A stretch of 64,000 nucleotides of DNA, from the NCBI GenBank assembly GCA_030867685.1, contig JAQOWU010000003.1, positions 620,001-684,000 on the forward strand, read 5' to 3'. The stretch comes from Wickerhamiella versatilis (taxonomy: Eukaryota). Positions 1-8,567 of the stretch are shown here, piece after piece (position 1 is the first letter of the stretch; each line of letters begins with the position of its first letter). Under the pieces are notes generated by a model. The model had not been told where the DNA came from, did no database searches, and was given only the letters and a program-made list of their open reading frames with translations. Made by a program: the position numbers and the translations under genes.

Positions 1-1
1 C

Positions 2-2818
2 ACGAAAGAAATACCATACGATATATTGGTATTAGCCACCGGATCCCGTGCGGTGCTTCCAATGAATTTGCTACCACCGAACTGCGATAATCCCGCAGCG
101 CTTGGTGTATTCAAATATCGCACTATCCGGGATGTGAAGGAAATAATTGATTTTTCTGAGAGTAAGCCACTTGGAGGCCGCGCATTTGTTGTAGGTGGTG
201 GCCTCCTGGGGTTAGAGGCAGCAAAAGCGCTCTATGATTTAGGCAGCTACAGCGAGGTGTGCATAGTACATCGACCAGAATGGTTACTCAACCAGCAGCT
301 TGATGAAACAGCAGGTGGGATGCTCGTAGAGAAAGTGCGGGAGATGGGGGTGAATGTCATGCTCTCCTCTGAAATCATTCGGCTCGACACAAGCTCAGGC
401 CACCTGACCCACGTTGAATTCAAGGATGGCTCACGTATGGATGCTCAAATGGTTGTTTACGCTATAGGAATTCGTTCTAGAGATGAGCTTGGTCGTGAAG
501 CTGGCCTTGATATTGGGCCTCGTGGGGGATTTGTTGTAGATAATGATCTTCGTACGACGGACCCATCGATCTATGCCATTGGTGAATGCGCATCTTGGAA
601 TGGCAATGTATACGGTTTGATAGCACCAGGTGTTGAAATGGCTGATGTCGTTTCTTGGAATCTAACTCAGGCCAAACATCATCAACCAAAGCACTTTGTA
701 GAGCCAGATGTTGGAACTAGATTGAAATTGATGGGTGTGGATGTAGCTTCTTTTGGTGACTACTTCGCTGATTCGCTTGGACCGAAGCGTCTGCCACCAC
801 GTGGCAAGCCTGGCACCGTTCGCGATGTGGTTGCTCTGACGTATCACGATCCTTTTGCATCAACGTATAAGAAGCTAATTTTCACAAAAGACGGACAATA
901 TCTACTTGGAGGAATTCTTTTAGGAAACATAACAGAGTTTACAAAACTCTCAGTTCTGGTATCCAAGTCAAAAAAACTGGATAAACCTCCTACGGAATTT
1001 ATGGTCGGCGCGCCTTCGTCTGCTGAAGAAGATGCCTCGGAGCTCCCTGATGATACAGTTGTTTGCTCTTGCAATCAGGTAACAAAGGGCTCTCTCACGG
1101 AAAAAGTAAAATCTGGAGATTGTAGCTCTCTGGGTGAGTTGAAAGCTGTCACAAAGGCGGCGACATCCTGTGGCGGGTGCGAGGGCACAGTCAAAGCTAT
1201 ATTCCAATCAGTGATGAAATCAATGGGTGCAGAAATATCTAGCGCGCTATGCATTCATTTCTCAGAATCTCGTGCGGATCTCTTTCATAAAATAATGGTT
1301 CGCAATCTTGATTCCTTTGACAAGGTAATGCAAGAACTAGGGCGCATACCTGGCTCCAAAGGTTGTGAAGTTTGCAAACCGACTATTGCATCTATATTGT
1401 CCAGTTTGTACAACCGGCATATTATGGATAGTCAAACTGCAGGTTTGCAGGAAACCAATGACAGGTTTTTAGGTAACATTCAACGCAATGGTACTTATTC
1501 GGTAGTGCCTCGTGTATCTGCAGGAGAAATTACTCCTGAAAAACTCATTGCCTTAGGTGAAGTTGCCCGAAAGTATAATTTGTACACGAAGATTACCGGT
1601 GGTCAAAGAGTTGATTTATTTGGTGCCCAAAAACAGGACCTACCAAATATCTGGGAGCAACTTGAGTCGGTGGGATTTGAATCAGGACACGCATATGGCA
1701 AGTCTCTACGCACAGTGAAAAGTTGTGTCGGAACCACCTGGTGCAGATACGGAATTGGTGACTCTGTTGGAATGGCTGTCCGGCTGGAAGAACGCTACAA
1801 GAGTATAAGATCGCCGCATAAATTCAAAGGTGGTGTTTCCGGCTGCGTTCGTGATTGTGCGGAATTCCATAATAAAGACTTTGGACTCTGTGCAACTAAG
1901 AATGGCTTTAGCGTATACGTGGGCGGAAATGGAGGAATGAAACCAACTCACGCTAAGTTGCTACAAGAGGATGTTCTTCCAGATCGTGTCATCCCTCTTC
2001 TTGATCGTTACATTATGTTTTACATCCGCACAGCAGATCGCCTACAGCGCACAGCCAGATGGTTGGAAAACTTACCAGGTGGCCTTGATTATCTTCGTGA
2101 GGTGATTATAGATGACAGGTTAGGAATCTGTGATGAGCTTGAGACGCAAATGAACAAATTAGTCGGTAGCTTCCATGATGAATGGGCGGAGGCAGTAAAG
2201 AACCCTGAGTTGAGGAAGGATTTCCGACAATTCGCCAACACTCCACGAAGAGTAGAAAATGTGGAGATCGTTTATGAACGTGGACAGCCTCGTCCAGCAG
2301 ATTGGCCAATAGATGAAGAAGCCGGTGAGGCGAAAGAGGATTTCAAAGATAAGAAATGGACGACTACAGAGTGGACCGATGTATGCTCTTCTGATGACTT
2401 GCCAAAGGTTGAGGCAGGGTCATCTACAACGGTATTAATTAGTGATTCGCAGATTGCAATTTTCCGCTTGGATGATAAGCTGTTTGCCAGTCAAAATATG
2501 TGTCCGCACCGTCGTGCGTTTGTATTGAGTCAGGGAATTATAGGAACAGGTGAAAAAAATGAGCCTTATGTATCCTGTCCGATTCACAAACGCAACTATA
2601 ATCTAGAGAGCAATGCGGGTTCCTGTAAAAACGATCCTCTTTTGTCGATTGCCACTTTTGATGTTAAAGAGGAGGGAGGAAGGATTTTCGTAAAGTTGCC
2701 ACCAGCAAACGAGCTTGACGATCTGCTTTCGACGAACAAGTGGAAGGTAAGAAAAGGAGAGGTAAAAAAGCCCCGCCTTGCTGACGTTGACGCGAAATAC
2801 TCAAATACCTTTGCCTGA
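2..2818 (+). CDS. YNI1: Assimilatory NAD(P)H nitrite reductase, 5'-truncated by the window edge; true C-terminus may extend to 2864 in the +1 frame
   Basis: Frame is open from base 2 (TKEIPYDILVLATGS). Contains VGGGLLGLEAAKA, two BFD-like [2Fe-2S] motifs (CSCNQV..CGGC; GCEVCKP), siroheme/[4Fe-4S] ligands KSCVGTTWCRYG and GVSGCVRDCAE, and a C-terminal Rieske domain (CPHRR..CPIHK). Confidence 0.97.
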   Translation, partial: TKEIPYDILVLATGSRAVLPMNLLPPNCDNPAALGVFKYRTIRDVKEIIDFSESKPLGGRAFVVGGGLLGLEAAKALYDLGSYSEVCIVHRPEWLLNQQLDETAGGMLVEKVREMGVNVMLSSEIIRLDTSSGHLTHVEFKDGSRMDAQMVVYAIGIRSRDELGREAGLDIGPRGGFVVDNDLRTTDPSIYAIGECASWNGNVYGLIAPGVEMADVVSWNLTQAKHHQPKHFVEPDVGTRLKLMGVDVASFGDYFADSLGPKRLPPRGKPGTVRDVVALTYHDPFASTYKKLIFTKDGQYLLGGILLGNITEFTKLSVLVSKSKKLDKPPTEFMVGAPSSAEEDASELPDDTVVCSCNQVTKGSLTEKVKSGDCSSLGELKAVTKAATSCGGCEGTVKAIFQSVMKSMGAEISSALCIHFSESRADLFHKIMVRNLDSFDKVMQELGRIPGSKGCEVCKPTIASILSSLYNRHIMDSQTAGLQETNDRFLGNIQRNGTYSVVPRVSAGEITPEKLIALGEVARKYNLYTKITGGQRVDLFGAQKQDLPNIWEQLESVGFESGHAYGKSLRTVKSCVGTTWCRYGIGDSVGMAVRLEERYKSIRSPHKFKGGVSGCVRDCAEFHNKDFGLCATKNGFSVYVGGNGGMKPTHAKLLQEDVLPDRVIPLLDRYIMFYIRTADRLQRTARWLENLPGGLDYLREVIIDDRLGICDELETQMNKLVGSFHDEWAEAVKNPELRKDFRQFANTPRRVENVEIVYERGQPRPADWPIDEEAGEAKEDFKDKKWTTTEWTDVCSSDDLPKVEAGSSTTVLISDSQIAIFRLDDKLFASQNMCPHRRAFVLSQGIIGTGEKNEPYVSCPIHKRNYNLESNAGSCKNDPLLSIATFDVKEEGGRIFVKLPPANELDDLLSTNKWKVRKGEVKKPRLADVDAKYSNTFA

Positions 2819-3010
2819 ACGCCACGCTACAAGTTGCACAGGAGGTGAAGAGCTAGCATGGTAGTCTCAAATGGACTTTCTAACTAAAACAAACATTATT
2901 ATATTCTTACTAGGTAGTTAATACTCCTATGTCGATATCTACAACAAAATTTACAGGCGATAGCGACATGTCACAAGAGTCATCTAGATGTACGTGGAAA
3001 ACATAACTCG

Positions 3011-3814
3011 TTAGAATCCTTGAAAAGCGGCGTCTACAAAGGGCTGATATGGTAGGACCTCGAAGGGCTGTTTCCCGTTCGACGATTCAGAACCAGCACT
3101 GGGATTAACCACAGTTTGCGTTTGGCCTGGAGACCGCTGTGGGGCTTCCTGCTTAGTTGCTAGAACGTCAGGCACTGCCTCAGAGGTGCCAGTGGGGGGA
3201 GATGATACCGAAGTGCCCGTAGTATCAGCCAGGGTATTTGGCTCCCTCTCTGAAGTGCTGACCGGAGCTTCTGCATTCCTTGCCACTATACCGCTATCTG
3301 CAATATCTGTAGAGATCTGATTCGAGTCAGGTGTTGAAGCTGAAGGTTGGTATTTCCGTGATGGAAGTGCTTCTTCTCGAGGGACAATGTCAATCAAGAA
3401 ATCGAAAAGATCACTTTTTTGAAGAGCCATAGCAATGTCAGATCTCTGTAGCGTACGGCGTTTGTTCTCTTCAGCATGTATCCAGGCGCGCATCGTTAGC
3501 TCTGTGATGAATATGTCGCAACCCTTTGCGAAAAGTATTGGTGCTTCAGCAGATATCATACGCACCGCGGAGTCCATCTTCATGACTTTCTTAATACGAG
3601 CTAAAGGTAGAGCGGCACTCTTAAATACCTCCTGACTACTCTCACCAGTTTCATCAATGCGCTCTATGCTGTCAATGATATTTTGCCAGTAATCCACGAG
3701 CGCCTGTCTATTTTCACCTGTTAGACCTTGTGCTATATTGGCGAATGCTGCCTGAATATCCTGACCGGCTTCTCCAGAAGCTTCGTAGTCGTCGTAGGAA
3801 GGCTCGTCTTCCAT
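3011..3814 (-). CDS. HAP5: CCAAT-binding factor subunit Hap5 (NF-YC)
   Basis: Histone-fold LPLARIKKVMK..MISAEAPILFAKGCDIFITELTMRAW..KRRTLQRSDIA. Confidence 0.96.
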   Translation of the reverse strand: MEDEPSYDDYEASGEAGQDIQAAFANIAQGLTGENRQALVDYWQNIIDSIERIDETGESSQEVFKSAALPLARIKKVMKMDSAVRMISAEAPILFAKGCDIFITELTMRAWIHAEENKRRTLQRSDIAMALQKSDLFDFLIDIVPREEALPSRKYQPSASTPDSNQISTDIADSGIVARNAEAPVSTSEREPNTLADTTGTSVSSPPTGTSEAVPDVLATKQEAPQRSPGQTQTVVNPSAGSESSNGKQPFEVLPYQPFVDAAFQGF

Positions 3815-3967
3815 CTCCGACTAGTTTAGATGAGCCGAGGTTTTAGTCAGAATCGACTAACCGATATTCGGAACTCAGTCTTGACTTGAGAAGAATGATT
3901 ATGACTACTTAGATTGCCAAATATTGGTTTCTTAATTTCAAGTAAATTTTAATTTGTAAATACCATA

Positions 3968-4504
3968 TCAGTTAAACCACTGAGGGCGCTGAGAACGCTC
4001 AGCTCGCAACTCGCTTTCGCGAGCCATAAAGCGACCGAGAGGATCAACTCTTCCATGTGTAGGCTGTGCGACAGCAGCAGCCTCAGTAGAATCAGGCAGA
4101 GTATAAACGGAAGTCCATGATGAACCGACTGTAACTGGCGGGTATGTAGTAGTGGAAGTGTCTGCAGTCGCATATGTCGAGGCATACGAGGATTGAGATT
4201 GATAGTATATTGTGGAAGCGTATCCTGGCATAGTTACATATGATGTGTCTGTTTCAAGTGATACTGATGATATCACTTCGGTAGAAGGCTGTACGTCTTG
4301 TGTAGAGTACATGGATTCAGACTGGTATCCACCACCCCACATCTTCTTCTTCCCTAAACAGAGTTCAACTGGTCCTGTGGGGGTAGGTTCCATGTCCTGA
4401 TCGTCGACACTATTCTGGGGCTGGGCTTCAATGGTAGCAACAGTGTTCAAAGCCGGACCGGCCAAAATAACAGCAGTGAGTGATGCGAAAATCAAAGAAT
4501 TCAT
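3968..4504 (-). CDS. Hypothetical secreted Ser/Thr/Tyr-rich protein
   Basis: First ATG at 4504 gives signal-like MNSLIFASLTAVILAG, followed by an S/T-rich body. No family recognised. Confidence 0.65.
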   Translation of the reverse strand: MNSLIFASLTAVILAGPALNTVATIEAQPQNSVDDQDMEPTPTGPVELCLGKKKMWGGGYQSESMYSTQDVQPSTEVISSVSLETDTSYVTMPGYASTIYYQSQSSYASTYATADTSTTTYPPVTVGSSWTSVYTLPDSTEAAAVAQPTHGRVDPLGRFMARESELRAERSQRPQWFN

Positions 4505-5017
4505 CTCGTAGATATCGTTAAATTCTCGCGGGGGCCTAATATATAGATAGAGAATAAAAAGATCCAAAACTACAGATGGTATCTAAATGTCATCAATCTG
4601 AGGCAGATTAGATTTGACTTCTGATTGATCCTCTTAATGGCAACAATAAGCAATATGCACAGATTATTCTACAGCAATAAAAGGTTACTATCCCCTGTAT
4701 GTTAAATGCTTTTAGAAATAAGATACTTCTTCAAATCGTCTCTAGTAGTCAAAAACTGACTAGATTAAGCTCATGTGCGTTGGATCACAGAGTATGCAGG
4801 GGCAGTTTTCAATTATGAAAAAGTTATCAAAGTGAAATCCGAAGAGAAAGTTGATACAATATTCAGGTGGCGTGGGACTTTAAAAATGCTAGTTACTCGG
4901 ATCCTGCATACCAAAGTAGACAGAAATGTCGGATTGAAAGTGGAATCATACCATTCAAGAATTGAATTCTATTGATTCATGCAAACAAAATAAGCTCGCA
5001 GATATTTGTGGGAAAAA

Positions 5018-6109
5018 TCAGGATGCAGTTTCAGTAGTGAGCCGTCTGACAGCCTCAGTACGTCCCCAGTTTTTTAGATTTTCGACAAGCGTATCAAGGT
5101 TACCACTCATTAATTCTTCTAAGTGTAATGATGTCCATCCGCAGCGATGGTCAGTTACACGGTTCTGTGGGAAGTTATATGTACGAATCCTGTCACTGCG
5201 ATCGGTAGATGAAACCTGTGCAACACGAGATTCTCTGTCATCCTGTGCCTTTTTTTGTCTCTGTATTTCAGCAAGACGAGCTTTCAAAACTCTCATGGCC
5301 TTTGCTTTATTTTTATGCTGTGATCGTTCATCTTGACAGGTTACAATGAGGTTGGTTGGAACATGAACCACCCGCACGGCACTCTCTGTAGTATTTACAT
5401 GTTGACCACCACTACCTGATGCCCTCATGACGTCAATACGAAGATCTCCGGGTTTAATGTCTATCTCTGAGTTGTCGTCGGCACCCATGTCAGGAAGGAC
5501 GAGCACAGCCGCGGTTGATGTGTGAACGCGGCCCTTTTGCTCCGTTGCAGGGACCCGCTGGACACGATGAACTCCGGCTTCATATTGAAAATCTGAAAAA
5601 GATCCTGGTTCAGTGACATGTAGAACGGATTCCGATGTGGACTCGCTGATAACCTTGCAATTCCATTTATGGCGCAAGCACCATTGCTGATACATATGAA
5701 TGAGATCTTTTGCGAACAAGCATGCCTCCCCACCACCAACTCCTGGTCTAATTTCAATAAGACAAGCTTTAGAAGCGAATGGATGCTCAGGAATAAGCAT
5801 AGTGCCGAGGCGATCCTCTATCTCTGCAACGAATTTTTTGGTTGTCTCGAGCTCCTTGTCAGCCTCTTTCCCAAGCTGAGGATCCTTAGATAGCTCCCTC
5901 AGCTCGGTGACCTCGTTTTCAAGCTTTTGCAGTTCTTGGTAACTCTCAATCACCGGAAAAAGACGACCATGGCGGATAGCACGTTCTTCAGAATACGTTT
6001 TCGATATTTCATTTTCGAGTCTTGCGTACTCATCGCATAGATTTTTAACTCGAGATCGTAGAGCTGGATGAAGCCATCTTCTACCCACTCTAAATACACG
6101 CCTATACAT
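5018..6109 (-). CDS. MRF1: Mitochondrial peptide chain release factor 1
   Basis: Arg-rich presequence, EAGVHRVQRVPATE..GRVHTSTA, GGQ motif (SGSGGQHVNTTESAVR), IRTYNFPQNRVTDHR. Confidence 0.96.
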   Translation of the reverse strand: MYRRVFRVGRRWLHPALRSRVKNLCDEYARLENEISKTYSEERAIRHGRLFPVIESYQELQKLENEVTELRELSKDPQLGKEADKELETTKKFVAEIEDRLGTMLIPEHPFASKACLIEIRPGVGGGEACLFAKDLIHMYQQWCLRHKWNCKVISESTSESVLHVTEPGSFSDFQYEAGVHRVQRVPATEQKGRVHTSTAAVLVLPDMGADDNSEIDIKPGDLRIDVMRASGSGGQHVNTTESAVRVVHVPTNLIVTCQDERSQHKNKAKAMRVLKARLAEIQRQKKAQDDRESRVAQVSSTDRSDRIRTYNFPQNRVTDHRCGWTSLHLEELMSGNLDTLVENLKNWGRTEAVRRLTTETAS

Positions 6110-6779
6110 GTATATTAGTCATATGATCCCTTCGTTGATCCGAAGAGCACCATTATTTCCAAAATACGCAGTTTCCTCTTCTCGACAAAGCAAAGCACTC
6201 AATTATACTAGAGCCATGAATCCTGGTCCACTTGTTTGGATCGATTGCGAAATGACTGGGCTAGATCCCAAGACAGACAAGATTATCGAAATATGCTGTT
6301 TCGTTACGGATGGTAAACTCGCACTTCTCGAGCCTAATGGATACCAAAGTGTCATTCATTGCTCACAGGAGAAACTTGAAAGCATGTCTGATTGGTGTAA
6401 GAATACCCATGGCCGGTCAGGGCTTACAAGAAAAGTGCTGGAAAGTCAGAAAGCAGCACCGCAGGTTGAGACGGAGCTCTTACAATACTTAAAACCGCTG
6501 GTTAAGCCGAAGATGGGTGTTCTAGCTGGAAATTCAGTGCACATGGACCGAATATTTCTAATGAATGAATTTCCAAAGCTCACAGACTTTTTGCATTACC
6601 GCCTGGTTGACGTATCATCTATCAAAGAGATAGGCTATCGCCACAACCCCGAGTTGATGCGACAAGTACCGAAGAAAAAACTTGCACATACAGCAAAGGA
6701 AGACATCTTGGAAAGTATAGCAGAGCTGCGATGGTATATGGACAACTATTTAATACCGCCCAAGTCCACTAATAGTTAG
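6108..6779 (+). CDS. REX2: Oligoribonuclease (DEDDh); alternative starts at 6123 and 6216
   Basis: PLVWIDCEMTGLD, LAGNSVHMDR, LHYRLVDVSSIKE, HTAKEDILESIAELRWY. Confidence 0.95.
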   Translation: MYISHMIPSLIRRAPLFPKYAVSSSRQSKALNYTRAMNPGPLVWIDCEMTGLDPKTDKIIEICCFVTDGKLALLEPNGYQSVIHCSQEKLESMSDWCKNTHGRSGLTRKVLESQKAAPQVETELLQYLKPLVKPKMGVLAGNSVHMDRIFLMNEFPKLTDFLHYRLVDVSSIKEIGYRHNPELMRQVPKKKLAHTAKEDILESIAELRWYMDNYLIPPKSTNS

Positions 6780-6864
6780 TAGTCCTCTAAATCGATCACT
6801 CCGTTTCTTGTTACAAGATGAAGAGACATAGATATGGGCAGATAAAGAAACTTGTAGGTGCAAT

Positions 6865-7683
6865 TCATTTACGCGACCCAAACATATCGAGAAGCGACCG
6901 ATTGTTTGTCACTTTCATTTTTTTAGTGTTACCAGCAGGGGCTGAAGCTGTGCGCTTTGATTTAGCCGTTTTCATAGAATTTTTGTTAGAACCTTCACTC
7001 ATGGCTCGTACGGCCCGCGCTTCAGCCTGAGCAAGAGAAATTTTGCGGGCTTCCTCACTGGCCCGACTAGTATTATGCTTTGACTCATACCACTCTGCAA
7101 CCTGCGGTGGAAGCCACGATCCAAGGAAACAGAGGGCAGCATGCAACTTTGCCTCTTCACAAATAGCGGGGTCCACATCCTCAGTCGGGTCCAAAGGAGT
7201 GACTGCCTGTAAAGTGTGTGCAGCTATTGACGGAGGCAAGTTTCTCAAGGAAGCCGAAAATTTCGTGTTTAACCAATCCTGCAGTTTTTCCAAGTTCAAT
7301 TGAACACTCAAATTTTCCTTAACGTCACATAGTACGTCAATTCGCGGCTCCATAATTTCGATAGGAGGCGTTTCAGCCTCAGAGCCACTACTTAACTCCA
7401 AAAGAAATTCTAGAGGCAGCATCCTTTGTCGATTCAGCCATAGAACGCGTAAGATTAGGAACAAAGGATCAAATCGAACTAATATGTCAAACGTTGGATC
7501 AGAGACAATACGTTCACCTATCATGAGAGAGCGTTTATGATTGCGAGGACTTATGGTCAGGACTTCCCACAATTTCCCTCCCTCTAACACGAACCTCGAT
7601 GGACTATTAGACTTAGGATGACAGAACTTCACTATACCAAACGATTTCTCCCGAAGCTCGTCGGGTAGCAGTAGGATTGGCAT
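6865..7683 (-). CDS. RNH202: Ribonuclease H2 subunit B
   Basis: ILLLP..F-x-HP N-terminus, RSLMI, FDPLFLIL, and a C-terminal PIP-like SLLDMF. Confidence 0.8.
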   Translation of the reverse strand: MPILLLPDELREKSFGIVKFCHPKSNSPSRFVLEGGKLWEVLTISPRNHKRSLMIGERIVSDPTFDILVRFDPLFLILRVLWLNRQRMLPLEFLLELSSGSEAETPPIEIMEPRIDVLCDVKENLSVQLNLEKLQDWLNTKFSASLRNLPPSIAAHTLQAVTPLDPTEDVDPAICEEAKLHAALCFLGSWLPPQVAEWYESKHNTSRASEEARKISLAQAEARAVRAMSEGSNKNSMKTAKSKRTASAPAGNTKKMKVTNNRSLLDMFGSRK

Positions 7684-7930
7684 TCGGAGAAGCTCAGCAA
7701 AAGTGCCCTAACCCGTGGTCACTGGGGGTTCGTCAACGCCCCCCACTGGGATCATCTCGATAGTCCATTAAAAAACAAGTTTCTCCGGGAGCACTAGATG
7801 AATTCAAATGAGGAAGAAGTTGTGGGCTCACAAAATTTAGTTTATAAACTTAATACATTCCCAAGAAGGGTACTTAATCGTCCAAGTTGCCTTAGATCTG
7901 GTTACGTTATCAAGGTATCGTCTCAGTTAT

Positions 7931-8446
7931 ATGTCTAGCGAGCACACAGGACTACCTGAAGGCTGGGAAGTATGCACTTCTCAAAGCCGCCAATTACCCT
8001 ATTACTTCTGCGCTGCGACGAATGATTCACGCTGGGAGCCTCCTGAGGGCACAAACCTTGATATGCTTAAACCTTATGTGGCAGCACACTTCAAGTCGCC
8101 CGACAATACCGGTAAAATTCGAGCTTCGCATCTTCTAATAAAGCACAAGGATAGTAGAAGACCGAGTTCCTGGAAGGAAGCTGAAATTACTCGTACCAAG
8201 GATGAAGCGAAAGCTACCATATTGGGTCATGAAGCCCGTATCCGGTCTGGTGCTGCAACGCTTTCTGATTTGGCAAAGACAGAGAGTGATTGCTCGTCGC
8301 ATAAAAGAGGCGGTGATCTTGGTTGGTTTGGTCATGGCGAGATGCAAAAAGAATTTGAAGATGCTGCGTTCGCATTGAAACCAGGTGAGCTTTCGCATCC
8401 AGTGGATACTGCTTCTGGAATCCATCTGATAGAAAGGACTGCTTGA
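7931..8446 (+). CDS. ESS1: Parvulin peptidyl-prolyl isomerase (Pin1)
   Basis: WW domain (LPEGWE..YYF..SRWEPP) plus IRASHLLIKHKDSRRPSSW and SDCSSHKRGGDLGWF. Confidence 0.97.
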   Translation: MSSEHTGLPEGWEVCTSQSRQLPYYFCAATNDSRWEPPEGTNLDMLKPYVAAHFKSPDNTGKIRASHLLIKHKDSRRPSSWKEAEITRTKDEAKATILGHEARIRSGAATLSDLAKTESDCSSHKRGGDLGWFGHGEMQKEFEDAAFALKPGELSHPVDTASGIHLIERTA

Positions 8447-8567
8447 ATGAGACCACTATCAGTTTACTGATGTTGATGCTGTCATTATAGCTCTCCTTGG
8501 ATTACTCTATTTCAATAGTAAACTCTATTTTAGTGTAGTGAATTAGGGGTAGACATTTCATAAAAAT

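Noticed and set aside
7700-7800. GC-rich hairpin and CCCTAACCC between RNH202 and ESS1 (snoRNA or telomerase template idea)
   Set aside because: There is only one telomere-like unit and no complete box/hairpin architecture. A promoter element is at least as likely.
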